Shown here: positions 1 through 9,551 of the stretch, piece after piece
Numbering within the stretch: the first letter of the stretch is position 1
Layout: every line of letters starts with the position of its first letter
Assembly (NCBI GenBank): GCA_964607655.1
Contig: CAZSKX010000001.1
Span: 232,939 to 296,938, forward strand
From: an uncultured Candidatus Saccharibacteria bacterium
GTDB taxonomy: Bacteria > Patescibacteriota > Minisyncoccia > Phycocordibacterales > Phycocordibacteraceae
Length of the DNA stretch: 64,000 nt
Direction of reading: 5' to 3'
Notes under the pieces: model-generated
Database searches by the model: none
What the model was told of the DNA's origin: nothing
What the model saw: the letters and a program-made list of their open reading frames with translations, nothing else
Translations under genes and position numbers: made by a program

Positions 1-442
1 GGGCATCGGTCCAGCGCGGTTCGCCATCGGCAGCGCCAAACGTGCTGTGGAGTGCTACGCCTTCGAGTCGCGAGAGTTGCTCAGCATACTTCCCCACCGC
101 CACGAGCGAGACAGTGCCGCTCTGCTGCGCGGCAAACGTAGTAAACGCCTTCGCAATGGCTGCGTTGTAGCTTCCACACAGTCCTTTGTCTGCCGCAATC
201 ACGATCGCAAGAGTCGCGTCAGCATCTGCATGCTCGCGCATGAGTGGATGCCGAAGCTCGGCGTGTTTAGATAGATTTCGTATGATTTCGAGTGCGCGTG
301 CCGCATACTCGCGAGACGCGACGGATCGATCGATCGCTGGCTTCATCTTCGCGGCAGCGACGAGCTCCATCGCTCGGGTTATCTTCCCGATATTCTTCAC
401 CGAGCGGATCTTGGTCGTGATTGTTTTGGTCGAGAGCGCCAT
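1..442 (-). CDS. atpG: F0F1 ATP synthase gamma subunit, N-terminal part (gene runs off window start)
   Basis: Minus-strand translation from ATG (complement of 440-442) reads MALSTKTITTKIRSVKNIGKITRAMELVAAAKMK... with a GLCGSYNAAI motif, typical of the gamma subunit. There is no stop before position 1. It starts 4 nt after the atpA stop. It is missing from the ORF track because it is truncated by the window edge. Confidence 0.85.
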   Translation of the reverse strand, partial: MALSTKTITTKIRSVKNIGKITRAMELVAAAKMKPAIDRSVASREYAARALEIIRNLSKHAELRHPLMREHADADATLAIVIAADKGLCGSYNAAIAKAFTTFAAQQSGTVSLVAVGKYAEQLSRLEGVALHSTFGAADGEPRWTDA

Positions 443-445
443 AGA

Positions 446-1945
446 CTACGAAGCAGAATACAGACCTGCGAACTCGGCGACCGCAGCCCGTAGCGCTGAC
501 TCGATGCCGTCGTCCCACTCGCTTTCGAGCTTTTTAAGGAGCGAAGCGTGTGTCGTCTGGAGGAAGTCGCGGTAGGCCGCCTCCCATTTCTGGATCTGAT
601 CAGGCGGGATCTCGTCGAGCGCGCCCTCGTTCACGGCGAAGAAGAGCGCGACCTGTAGACTCGCCGGCACCGGCGCATACTGCGGCTGCTTCAGGATCTC
701 TTGGACGCGCGCTCCTCGCTCGAGCACTTGACGCGTCGCTTGGTCTAAGTCGCTGGCGAACTGAGCGAAGGATTCGAGCTCGCGGTACTGAGCCATCTGT
801 AGCTTAATCTTCCCGGCGACCTTCTTCATCGGCTTGCGCTGTGCGCTCGAGCCCACACGCGAGACCGAGAGTCCGAGGTTAACTGCGGGACGCACCGCTT
901 TATAGAAGAGGTTGCTCTCGAGGTAGATCTGCCCATCGGTGATCGAGATGACGTTTGTCGGGATATAGGCCGAGACATCGCCCGCTTGCGTCTCGATAAT
1001 CGGGAGCGCTGTGATAGAACCACCCCCCGAAGCTTTATTCCGCCGGCAGGCGCGCTCGAGCAGTCGCGAGTGGATATAAAACACATCGCCCGGATACGCC
1101 TCGCGGCCCGGCGGGCGGCGTAGGAGAAGCGAGATCTCGCGATAGGCAACCGCGTGCTTCGAGAGATCGTCATAGACGATGAGCACGTCCTTTCCTTGAT
1201 CCATAAAATATTCAGCGAGCGCCGTCGCGCTGTAGGGCGCCATGTAAATACTCGAGGGACTGTCTGAGGCGCTCGCGAGGACGACGGTCGTATACTCCAT
1301 CGCGCCATGCGCCTCGAGCTCGGCGACGATGCGCGCCACCTTCGAGCGCTTCTGCGCGATCGCGACATAAATCGCAATCACATTCTGACCCTTCTGATTA
1401 ATGATGGCGTCGATCGCGATGGCCGTCTTACCCGTCTGGCGGTCGCCGATGATGAGCTCGCGCTGTCCACGACCGATCGGAATGGCAGCATCGATGGCTT
1501 TGATACCGGTCAGGAGCGGGACCGTTACCGGCTCGCGCGTCATCACGCCGGGCGCAATTTTCTCGACAGGGTACTCTGCGTCGGCGGCGATAGTATCGCG
1601 CCCATCGATAGGTCGCATGAGTGGATCGAGTACTCGTCCGAGCATCTTCTTGGCGACGGGAACAGCGAGCATGCGGCCCGTGCGGCGCACGATGTCTCCT
1701 TCTTTAATACTACGAAAATCGTCGACAATGATGACACCCACAATCCCCTGTTCGAGATTCTGTGCGATGCCCGTCACGTCGCCCTCGAAGACAAGCATCT
1801 CACCTGCCATGACACCGGGCAGACCCTGCACTCGGGCGATGCCATCGGCCACTTCGGTCACCACCCCGACTTCTTCGTTCTGGTCAGAGGGACTGAAGTG
1901 TTTGAGCTCAGATTGGAGCGCGTTCAGCAATGCGTCGGTGTTCAT
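446..1945 (-). CDS. atpA: F0F1 ATP synthase alpha subunit
   Basis: 499 aa with a Walker A GDRQTGKT motif and an alpha-subunit N-terminus (VSEVADGIARV-like). The atpH stop overlaps its start. Confidence 0.97.
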   Translation of the reverse strand: MNTDALLNALQSELKHFSPSDQNEEVGVVTEVADGIARVQGLPGVMAGEMLVFEGDVTGIAQNLEQGIVGVIIVDDFRSIKEGDIVRRTGRMLAVPVAKKMLGRVLDPLMRPIDGRDTIAADAEYPVEKIAPGVMTREPVTVPLLTGIKAIDAAIPIGRGQRELIIGDRQTGKTAIAIDAIINQKGQNVIAIYVAIAQKRSKVARIVAELEAHGAMEYTTVVLASASDSPSSIYMAPYSATALAEYFMDQGKDVLIVYDDLSKHAVAYREISLLLRRPPGREAYPGDVFYIHSRLLERACRRNKASGGGSITALPIIETQAGDVSAYIPTNVISITDGQIYLESNLFYKAVRPAVNLGLSVSRVGSSAQRKPMKKVAGKIKLQMAQYRELESFAQFASDLDQATRQVLERGARVQEILKQPQYAPVPASLQVALFFAVNEGALDEIPPDQIQKWEAAYRDFLQTTHASLLKKLESEWDDGIESALRAAVAEFAGLYSAS

Positions 1946-2337
1946 AGAGATGCGATTCGGGTTAATAATTGTGCACGAAGTCTCATGAGCTGTGTCTCGT
2001 AGGTGCGGTCCGTCAGCTGATCCTGGTAGAGCGCTCTGAACCCGCCGAGATGATCAGGATTGACGTGGTGATGTACCAGAGCCTCCTTGGGCGCCCCAAC
2101 GGAGCTCTGGATACGCAAGAGAGTTTCCTTGCCGATCTCGTGGGCGGTCTCCACCTTAAGAACGCCAGGACGATATCCATAGAGCGCTCGACGTTCATAG
2201 ATGGCGACAATCGATGGGAGAAGGTGTTCGGCGTTACGGCGCTTAAGAAACTTGATGAGACTTTTTACGATGGCGCGCTCCTCGACGCCCGCGTCCTGGA
2301 GCGTGTCGAGTGCGGTCGTGTAGGTGGCAAGGGTCAT
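1942..2337 (-). CDS. atpH: F0F1 ATP synthase delta (OSCP) subunit, short form
   Basis: 131 aa. It sits between atpF and atpA in the canonical operon order and has an OSCP-like C-terminal GGF motif. It is shorter than the usual ~180 aa. Confidence 0.75.
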   Translation of the reverse strand: MTLATYTTALDTLQDAGVEERAIVKSLIKFLKRRNAEHLLPSIVAIYERRALYGYRPGVLKVETAHEIGKETLLRIQSSVGAPKEALVHHHVNPDHLGGFRALYQDQLTDRTYETQLMRLRAQLLTRIASL

Positions 2338-2339
2338 AC

Positions 2340-2834
2340 CTATTTCACCATCTCACGGATAAGCACTTCGCCGCGCTTCGTATCTACCTCTGCCTGTAGG
2401 ATCGATCGGGTGGCATTAACTGCGAGCTCGACCGCTGTTTCTCGAACACGGCGTTTGGCCTCGCGTTCGAGTTCTGTGGCCTGTTCAGTCGCGTGCTTCA
2501 TGATCGCTTCTGCGTGCGCGCGAGCAGCGTTACCGGCAGTGTGGACAATCTGCTCCCCTGCTAGGTGTGCCTCGTGGAGCAGGTCGGCTCGTTCTCGCTT
2601 CGCCTCTTCGAGGATCCGTCGCGATGCTTCGTCGGCTTCGACCTTCTTGCGCTCTGCTTCGCGGGCATCGTCGAGCCCTTCGGCGATGGCTGCTTGGCGG
2701 GTCTCGATGTGCGCGCGCAACGGCGTCCAAATGAACCGCTGCAAGAGGTAAAACACAATTAAGAAGTTAACCAGGTTCGCCAGAGCGAGCCGCCAGTCAA
2801 ATCCTATGTTCGATAGTGCGCCGAGAATCTCCAC
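2340..2834 (-). CDS. atpF: F0F1 ATP synthase subunit b
   Basis: 164 aa. An N-terminal hydrophobic helix is followed by a long charged Ala/Glu/Arg-rich coiled region. Operon position fits. Confidence 0.85.
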   Translation of the reverse strand: MEILGALSNIGFDWRLALANLVNFLIVFYLLQRFIWTPLRAHIETRQAAIAEGLDDAREAERKKVEADEASRRILEEAKRERADLLHEAHLAGEQIVHTAGNAARAHAEAIMKHATEQATELEREAKRRVRETAVELAVNATRSILQAEVDTKRGEVLIREMVK

Positions 2835-2849
2835 AAAAGTGTCGTGATC

Positions 2850-3074
2850 TTAGATCAAGAAGAACAGCACCAGCGCGTAGATAGCGGTCGATTCAGCCAT
2901 TGCGACACCGATAATCATGCGGGTAAACAATTCGCCGGACATCTCAGGGTTACGACCCATCGCCTCAAGCGCCTTACCGATCAGATAGCCTTCACCAATA
3001 GCCGACCCGAAGAGCGAAGTGGTCGCGAGACCCTTCGCTATCACTCGAGCTGCCTCAACACTCATTTCTTCCAT
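2850..3074 (-). CDS. atpE: F0F1 ATP synthase subunit c
   Basis: 74 aa, two TM helices with a conserved carboxylate (GVAMAES). It matches the c-ring proteolipid. Confidence 0.9.
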   Translation of the reverse strand: MEEMSVEAARVIAKGLATTSLFGSAIGEGYLIGKALEAMGRNPEMSGELFTRMIIGVAMAESTAIYALVLFFLI

Positions 3075-3084
3075 AATTCAATAA

Positions 3085-3891
3085 TTACTTAGTAAATTCT
3101 GCCTTCCCCACTTCATCCTTCATTGCGAGCGTGTAGTAGGCGGTCGCAAGAGCGCCAAACACGATCGCCTGTACCAGCGCAAACAGCATGCTCATCGAAA
3201 GCCAGAATGCCGGAATCACAAACGCGAATGCGCCGAGCAAAAGGACCATGAGGACTTCGCCTGCGAACATGTTCCCGAAGAGGCGGAATGAAAGTGAAAT
3301 CACCTTCGCAATCTCCGAGAATATGTCGAGTAGGCCGATCAAGAACTCGATGACCGCTGTCGCAAACGCGCTTGCGCCGCCCCGAACCCCCTGATACAGC
3401 TCCTTAAACTTAAAGAAGCGCAGGAAGTAGCCCACGGGTCCCCACACGCGGATCGAGTCGATCTGGATGAGGAGCACCACACCGAGTGCAAGGCCCACAG
3501 TCGTGTTGAAGTCGCTGGTCGGCGTGCGGAAGAGGCTTATCCCGCCCCAGGTGATGCTCGAGAGCCCGGGGATGATACCGAGCAGGTTCGCGAGACCAAT
3601 AAAGACAAAGAGCGCGGTGACGAGAGGGACAACGTCACGCGCCAGCTTCATGCTCGAGGTGATCTGGGCGATGAGTCCCACCATGGCTTCGTAGGCAAGC
3701 TCCGCGAGGCTCTGGAAGATCCCCGGGCGCTCTCGAAACCGCGGTACGACGATGAGCCCCACAAGCGCGATAACCAATGCGACGAGCACGCTCGCCATAA
3801 AGGAATTCGTGATCGGCAAGCCACCGATAAACCCCAGCACTTCTGGGGCGATCGGGGTGACTTCCCGCTTCAACTGTAAGAATTCGGTCAT
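3085..3891 (-). CDS. atpB: F0F1 ATP synthase subunit a
   Basis: 268 aa polytopic membrane protein with the LSFRLFGNMFAGE motif typical of subunit a (essential Arg). Confidence 0.92.
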   Translation of the reverse strand: MTEFLQLKREVTPIAPEVLGFIGGLPITNSFMASVLVALVIALVGLIVVPRFRERPGIFQSLAELAYEAMVGLIAQITSSMKLARDVVPLVTALFVFIGLANLLGIIPGLSSITWGGISLFRTPTSDFNTTVGLALGVVLLIQIDSIRVWGPVGYFLRFFKFKELYQGVRGGASAFATAVIEFLIGLLDIFSEIAKVISLSFRLFGNMFAGEVLMVLLLGAFAFVIPAFWLSMSMLFALVQAIVFGALATAYYTLAMKDEVGKAEFTK

Positions 3892-4184
3892 GAGGAATGA
3901 TCACCTGATCGAGCGGCTGCTTCAGCCTCCTTTATTTCAGTCTGGATAGCCTTGATGCTGCGAGATACTTGGCGGACACGGTAGAGGAAGAGTATCCACG
4001 AGAGCACGAACGCGATGGCGAGGCATACATACACCACCACCTGTCCGGCGCCCGTGGTCTCGGCGAGCCAGCTCCCCAGATAGACTGAGAGGATCGCCGG
4101 CAGCCCAAAGATGGCCAACGTCTCAAAGGTCAGATAGAAGGAGCGCGTCACGAGCGCCTCACGCTTGCGTTTCAGTTCGTCCAT
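3888..4184 (-). CDS. small membrane protein, putative ATP synthase protein I (AtpI/AtpZ-like)
   Basis: 98 aa, two TM helices, first gene of the atp operon. It overlaps the atpB start by 4 nt. Confidence 0.45.
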   Translation of the reverse strand: MDELKRKREALVTRSFYLTFETLAIFGLPAILSVYLGSWLAETTGAGQVVVYVCLAIAFVLSWILFLYRVRQVSRSIKAIQTEIKEAEAAARSGDHSS

Positions 4185-4238
4185 GAAGAAATAAAAGGTC
4201 TCGCAGCTGATACATGCGAGATACCCCTAGTGTACGAA

Positions 4239-4256
4239 TGTCTGGGCACTTTTGCA
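4239..4256. promoter_or_regulatory. perfect 18-bp palindrome GCACTTTTGCAAAAGTGC upstream of the atp operon (candidate operator)
   Basis: Read directly from the sequence. Self-complementary. About 55 nt upstream of the atpI-like start. No adjacent T-run, so it is less likely to be a terminator. Confidence 0.35.
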
Positions 4257-4316
4257 AAAGTGCAAAACCTTCTAGCCGCTCGGATAGCGTCAGATCCTGG
4301 CCGGGGACCGTCGGGG

Positions 4317-4661
4317 TCACTCTTGGTTGATGGCTCCCCTTTCTATCTGATCGATGGCTTCAGCGCTTGGCGGGGTGTTTTTTGCAAACACAGTAAGTGC
4401 TTTTTGCTTCCGTAATTCTTCTTCAAGACTCGCGACTTCTTTCGTGAGCTTTCTATACCGGAAGTAATTAGCAACGCTTTCCGGGAGGAGCAGGAGCAGC
4501 GTCACCAATACTCCTGTAAGGATGGCCGCCATTAATATGAGGGCCAACGAACCAGTAAGTTGCCAACTAAAGAACGCGACTGTTACGACGGTGATATTTT
4601 GTAAGGCAAACGTAACGGCAATGCCTCCAAGAAGCAGGCCGAGGATAAATAGGATAATCAT
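4317..4661 (-). CDS. small membrane protein (LapA/DUF1049-like, two TM helices + coiled tail)
   Basis: 114 aa. Two N-terminal TM helices are followed by a charged coiled-coil region (EVASLEEELRKQKAL). Confidence 0.4.
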   Translation of the reverse strand: MIILFILGLLLGGIAVTFALQNITVVTVAFFSWQLTGSLALILMAAILTGVLVTLLLLLPESVANYFRYRKLTKEVASLEEELRKQKALTVFAKNTPPSAEAIDQIERGAINQE

Positions 4662-4704
4662 GGATGTAAGTATAGACGACTTTGGAGGTTATTAGTTACA
4701 GTCG

Positions 4705-5415
4705 CTAAGCAACCATAGGAACCTCGATAAGCAGCGCCCTCCCTTGGCCTGAAATGGAGACTGATGGGGTATCTGAGACGCCAAGCGCATCTCGTGCAGA
4801 GAGCCTGGTGCCGGCCACTGTGAGATTACCCTCAATCACAAAGACGTATACTCCGTCTCCTTCTTGTTTGACGTGGTAGTCGAGAGGTTTGGTCTTGGCA
4901 TCTACATAGGTTATCCACGCGTCCTGATTGATCATGAGCTCACCGACACGGCCTTTCTCGAATGGCGCCACCAAGGACAGCTCCCTATCAGCCGCCTGTA
5001 ATAGATGAAAGCTTTTCTGCGCATACTGTACCGGCGCGTTCTGCTTATTGGGCGTAATCCAAATTTGAAAAAGCTTAAGTGACTCTGTGGGCGAGTTGTT
5101 GTACTCGGAATGTAGTACTCCGGCGCCGGCTGACATAACCTGCACATCGCCGGCAGCTACAACGCCCTCATTTCCCTCGCTATCCTTGTGGGTCACGGCA
5201 CCCTCGGTGACTATTGTGATAATTTCCATATCTCGATGCGGGTGCATACCGAAGCCAGACGAAGGGGCTATGGTGTCGTCATTGATCACCCGGAGCGCGC
5301 CGAACCCCATGTGGTCTGGGTTGTACCAATCGGCAAAGCTGAAGCTAAAGCGGCTCGAGAGCCATCCGTGTTCAGCCACCCCTCGTTCATTCGCTCGATG
5401 TAATATTGCGTTCAC
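4705..5415 (-). CDS. pirin-family cupin protein
   Basis: 236 aa. Has HPHRDMEIITIV/EG motifs and a bicupin layout, typical of pirin (YhhW-like). Confidence 0.85.
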   Translation of the reverse strand: MNAILHRANERGVAEHGWLSSRFSFSFADWYNPDHMGFGALRVINDDTIAPSSGFGMHPHRDMEIITIVTEGAVTHKDSEGNEGVVAAGDVQVMSAGAGVLHSEYNNSPTESLKLFQIWITPNKQNAPVQYAQKSFHLLQAADRELSLVAPFEKGRVGELMINQDAWITYVDAKTKPLDYHVKQEGDGVYVFVIEGNLTVAGTRLSARDALGVSDTPSVSISGQGRALLIEVPMVA

Positions 5416-5469
5416 GTCTTAAACTATAGCAAAGGTGATATGCGGACTGCGTGGAACGATGATGAACAT

Positions 5470-6036
5470 TTATTCCGACTTCCTGCGTAGTAACTGCGGG
5501 AAATATTCAGCCGTAATCTCCTCGACGTACTCCTGTAAGGGGCCCATACCCATCGCCGCGCGACGTTCGTCGACACGCTCGCGGTCTTCGATGGGCTGTG
5601 GTTCGTATGCGATCGTTTGGCCGCTCTCATCTCGCGTTTCGTTCATTTGGGTCCCGTAGACCTGCCCCCTACCCGAGTTCACGCGTATTCGGTCAGTAAG
5701 ATACGCCACGTCACGGAGCTCGACTTCGCTAGGTGGCTCGGCTTGCATGAGCGAGAGGCAGTGTTCTTGGAACGCGACATCCTTATCGGCATGCTGTACG
5801 AGAAGCCAAGCGGCGTGAGATGCCTTCATGCCAACTTTCGATACGGTCGGCCAGCCGATCTGAGCGATGATATTCTTCATCGCCTCGGTATTGCGCGGGT
5901 CAACAGTATCGTCCCATTTACCTTCTAGATCCTTCCGCATCTTTTGGTCAATTTCCTCCATTGCGAGGATTTGTTCGGCCATGTCTTTGTGCTTAAAACT
6001 CTCAGGTTGAGGTTGTTGAGAGGGCTGCTTCTCCAT
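5470..6036 (-). CDS. hypothetical protein
   Basis: 188-aa ORF with coding-like composition. No recognisable motif. Confidence 0.4.
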   Translation of the reverse strand: MEKQPSQQPQPESFKHKDMAEQILAMEEIDQKMRKDLEGKWDDTVDPRNTEAMKNIIAQIGWPTVSKVGMKASHAAWLLVQHADKDVAFQEHCLSLMQAEPPSEVELRDVAYLTDRIRVNSGRGQVYGTQMNETRDESGQTIAYEPQPIEDRERVDERRAAMGMGPLQEYVEEITAEYFPQLLRRKSE

Positions 6037-6106
6037 GACCCCATTTTACACGAGCTGTCTGACGAGGAAATTCTCCCCCAAGTCCCATCGCGCCGTCGCG
6101 CATGAG

Positions 6107-6541
6107 TCAAAGGCGGTAAAAAAGTTGTATCGACTCGGGCAGGTCGTGTATAAGGTCCATCTCGAGTGCCTCGGCCGGCGTCACCCAGATAAAATCCTGA
6201 TGTTCGGTTGGGCTAAGTCGTATTTCAGGCTTCTCCTCTACTTTGGTCGAGAACATGTGCCACACGAAGTCATATGGCTCCATTCTCACAAATCGAGAAT
6301 CGAAATATGCTAATTGATCTTCTGAAATATCCACGTCCGTCTCCTCGTAGAGCTCCCTTTTGACGGCTTCAATCCTTGATTCGCCATCGTCCATCTTGCC
6401 AGCAGGCAGTCCCCACTTGCCTCCGTTACTTTTATGATGGTGTCTATGGAGCAAGAGGAATCTCCCGTCGTGTTCGAGATAACAGCCCACGATATCTTTG
6501 GCGTCATTTTTGAAGTCAGCCGGAGCTTCCTTAAACATCAT
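6107..6541 (-). CDS. NUDIX hydrolase
   Basis: Nudix box GKWGLPAGKMDDGESRIEAVKRELYEETDV (GX5EX7REUXEEXGU). Confidence 0.9.
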   Translation of the reverse strand: MMFKEAPADFKNDAKDIVGCYLEHDGRFLLLHRHHHKSNGGKWGLPAGKMDDGESRIEAVKRELYEETDVDISEDQLAYFDSRFVRMEPYDFVWHMFSTKVEEKPEIRLSPTEHQDFIWVTPAEALEMDLIHDLPESIQLFYRL

Positions 6542-6626
6542 AGAGGCATTGTATCAGGCTAAACTGGCTGGTCGCTTGGGACGATGTTGGAACCTTTCGG
6601 GCTGCGGCTGAGTTCTCAGAATATGG

Positions 6627-7031
6627 ATGATCCCAACAAATGGAGGACGTATGCTCAAAGCAAAACTCGCAGTAATAGAGTCTCAGCGCGGCGCCGAAGA
6701 GATAGAGAGGCAGAAAGCGGCCGCGGCGGAGCGGAGGCAGCGGGAGTGGCTCGACAAAGAGACGGCTTCCATCCCGATGTGGTTAGCAAAGGCCGATGCG
6801 GCGGTCAAAACAGCATGTTCGTACGGCAAGCGTCGTGTGTGTACCGGGATCTCATTCGTTCAACATGAGGACTACGAAGGAACCTTCAGTCGCGACCATC
6901 TCTGTGAGCCGCATCAAAAGCTGCTGCGACATTTCGAAAATGCCGGCTATATCGTCGAGTTCAAGTACGACTTTGAACCTCACAGTCTCGACCTCTCCAC
7001 CGAGTCGCACGAGATAGTGCTCAGCTGGTAA
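6627..7031 (+). CDS. hypothetical protein
   Basis: 134-aa ORF. GC composition matches the host. No recognisable motif. Confidence 0.35.
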   Translation: MIPTNGGRMLKAKLAVIESQRGAEEIERQKAAAAERRQREWLDKETASIPMWLAKADAAVKTACSYGKRRVCTGISFVQHEDYEGTFSRDHLCEPHQKLLRHFENAGYIVEFKYDFEPHSLDLSTESHEIVLSW

Positions 7032-7098
7032 CTGCAGCACCGCCCACGGAGCCCCTAGCTCACGCTGGGCGGTTTCCGTTTCTGTTCCAAAATCACTG

Positions 7099-7111
7099 GC
7101 TGCCCGACAGG
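7099..7111. repeat. 13-nt direct repeat of the tRNA-Gln 3' end (candidate distal att site of the island)
   Basis: Identical to 19543-19555. Confidence 0.4.
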
Positions 7112-7689
7112 ACCGCGATTACGCTTTCGGTCACACATAAATCTCTGCTGAGATTTTGCGCGACCCCGCCTCGCTCCGTCGCGCTCCGGCTTTCGAATCC
7201 CTGCCGAGAGACGTCCCACGTCTCTCTTCGGGCAGCAAAAAGCTGCTACGCACCCTTTTGCTGACTGTCACGGTTACGAACTTGTAGGGCGAGACCTGAC
7301 AACACACTTTGAGATCCCTTCTACTCCTTGTCTGAGGCGTCTCGGTCTCTAGGGTGTTTTTACGAGCAAAGCAAACTAAGCACATTTCATCCGTCTCGGT
7401 CACCCCTCCGTTTGTGAATACTACAAATACTACACCCTAAAAAGAGATTTTTATAGAGTTAACATCCTGCTATAGGTTATCCACCATTTACACCCCTGCT
7501 ATCTAGCCAAGCAATCTGTATAAGCTAGAATATAGCTACTGAGTGACTAGTAATTGAACGAGCTGAGAAAGCGCTCGCTTTTCTCATTTAACAGCAATTA
7601 ATTTGCGGTCTTTGGTCGAACCGCTGAGTGACTGGTAACTGATTGGAAGATCTGCGAACAGATCTATTATTTCCAATTAAGTACTAACA

Positions 7690-9030
7690 ATGATTAAACA
7701 AAATATCGAGGTCTTTACCGTCCTCGTGAAAGACATTAAGCCTGCCACGTATAATCCCCGTACCTGGAACGAAGAGCAGACTGCCGCTCTCAAAGAAAGC
7801 ATTACCCGTTTCGGATTAGTCGATCCTCTCATCTGTAACTCAGCTCCTAAACGGAAGAATGTTCTTATTGGTGGGCATTTCAGATTGCACGTTGCCAAAG
7901 AAATGGGTTATACCGAAGTGCCCGTGGTATACGTGAATATTCCAGAGATCGAAAAGGAAAAAGAACTGAATCTGAGACTTAACAAGAACACTGGGTCGTT
8001 CGATTTCAAGTTGTTAGCCGAATTCGATAAAGCCTTTCTCACTGATGTCGGCTTCTCCAGTGAGGATATCGACGAAATCTTCCCGATCGACATGAATACC
8101 GAACAGTTTGATCTCAAAAAGGAGCTGGACAAAATGAACATCAAGGAAATTAAGGTCAAGAAAGGTGATGTTTATGAGATCGATGGTTGTCGCCTTATGT
8201 GCGGAGACAGTACCATCGAAGCAGATATGCTCAAACTGATGGAAGGAGCCAAAGCCGATATGGTTATGACTGATCCTCCTTATATTCTCGATTACTTAAG
8301 AGGAAAAACTAAACAGAAGGATGGTGTGACCACTGGCTTTGGAGCCAAAAAGAATCGTCGATATCTAGAAACCGAATCTCTGCCTGATAACTTCTCAGAC
8401 CTCTGGATGGCTAATGTTGCCAAAGTACAAAAACCTGACTTCTCGATCATGATTTTCGAGAATCCGAAAAACCTGCGGACTATCTGGAATGCTCTGGAGA
8501 AACACTGGAAGTACCGCAATACGATCACATGGCATGTGCCGAACAGGATGCAAGGATTCTCAGCCAAGTACAAGTTCTTCAACAAAACTGACATAGCCCT
8601 TGTCGGCACGCTTGGTAACACGCCGCTCAATCTTGATCCTGAAGGCGAACTATTCCAGAACGAGTATGAGAATGCACTCTTTGCTACTGCTGGTAAACCG
8701 CAGTGGGAGTCGTATGGAAAAGGTAAAAAGTACTGTCCGACTGACTTCATCGAACATATTGCTGCTGACAAAAAATCATCGGGACAGGACATTATTTTCG
8801 GCACCAAACCACTAGAACTACTCATCCCGTACATCAAAGTGCTCACCAAGCAAAATGATCTTGTTCTGGAACCTTTTGGTGGATCAGGCTCGACTCTCAT
8901 TGCTTCGATCAAGATTGGCCGAAAGTGCCGGATCATGGAGAAGTCTCCTGTCTACACGGAAGTCATTATCAAGCGTTGGGAAAAGCTGACGGGTAAAACT
9001 GCCAAGCTTTTAACTCAACATGCTTCGTAG
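7690..9030 (+). CDS. ParB-like nuclease domain fused to an N6-adenine/N4-cytosine DNA methyltransferase (phage/plasmid-type orphan methylase)
   Basis: N-terminal ParB/Srx-like motif (LIGGHFRLHVAKEMGYTEVPVVYV). The C-terminal half has DPPY (motif IV) and LEPFGGSGST (motif I), i.e. beta-class amino-MTase order. Confidence 0.85.
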   Translation: MIKQNIEVFTVLVKDIKPATYNPRTWNEEQTAALKESITRFGLVDPLICNSAPKRKNVLIGGHFRLHVAKEMGYTEVPVVYVNIPEIEKEKELNLRLNKNTGSFDFKLLAEFDKAFLTDVGFSSEDIDEIFPIDMNTEQFDLKKELDKMNIKEIKVKKGDVYEIDGCRLMCGDSTIEADMLKLMEGAKADMVMTDPPYILDYLRGKTKQKDGVTTGFGAKKNRRYLETESLPDNFSDLWMANVAKVQKPDFSIMIFENPKNLRTIWNALEKHWKYRNTITWHVPNRMQGFSAKYKFFNKTDIALVGTLGNTPLNLDPEGELFQNEYENALFATAGKPQWESYGKGKKYCPTDFIEHIAADKKSSGQDIIFGTKPLELLIPYIKVLTKQNDLVLEPFGGSGSTLIASIKIGRKCRIMEKSPVYTEVIIKRWEKLTGKTAKLLTQHAS

Positions 9031-9523
9031 GGCGAAAAAGAAAGAGCGAAAAGTAACTCGAACGGAGACAATCAAAAAGCGTCAGGATGAGAACAAAGCC
9101 AAGTTTGTAAGCAAACTATTTGAGACTCCAATCATTCAAGTTGCCGCCTCGCAAACAGGTATCGATCGCACCACTTATTATCGCTGGCGTGACGAAGATC
9201 CAGAATTCGCAAAGCAGTGTAAACATGCTCACGAGCGAGGTGTCGAATTCGTAAACGACATGATGGAGTCGATTCTCATCAAAAACGCTAAAGCCGATAA
9301 TATGACCGCGGTCATTTTCTGGTTAAAGAATAATCACCTTAGATATTCAGAAAAACTGAAACATGAGTACGAGATCAATCTGAAGCAAGAAACCGTACTC
9401 AGCCCTGAGCGTATCAAGGAAATTGCCGATGCCATGAGGGCTTGGTCAGAACCAGAGACTGGCGACGAGCGCGATGAGGACTATGAGCCTGATCGTGATG
9501 AAAACGGAAAGCTTACAGAGTAG
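9020..9523 (+). CDS. phage terminase small-subunit-like HTH DNA-binding protein (tentative)
   Basis: 167 aa. A basic N-terminus is followed by TYYRWRDEDPEFAKQ...TAVIFWLKNNH, which resembles TerS/homeodomain-like HTH. Acidic C-terminus. Overlaps the upstream methylase gene by 11 nt. Confidence 0.4.
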   Translation: MLRRAKKKERKVTRTETIKKRQDENKAKFVSKLFETPIIQVAASQTGIDRTTYYRWRDEDPEFAKQCKHAHERGVEFVNDMMESILIKNAKADNMTAVIFWLKNNHLRYSEKLKHEYEINLKQETVLSPERIKEIADAMRAWSEPETGDERDEDYEPDRDENGKLTE

Positions 9524-9551
9524 TCATAAAACCCTCTCAAGTGAGAGGGTT

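Noticed and set aside
1307-2002. 231-aa and 195-aa plus-strand ORFs antisense to atpA/atpH (also 826-1377 and 186-575)
   Set aside because: They overlap well-supported ATP synthase genes and have low-complexity antisense composition.
7131-7403. 90-aa minus-strand ORF and a tRNA-like T-loop fragment (TTCGAATCCCTG at about 7196-7207, plus strand) in the island's left border region
   Set aside because: I could not fold a complete cloverleaf around the fragment (no pairing T-stem), and the ORF has no SD and an odd composition. It may be a decayed tRNA or att remnant, so it is mentioned only as support for the island-boundary finding.
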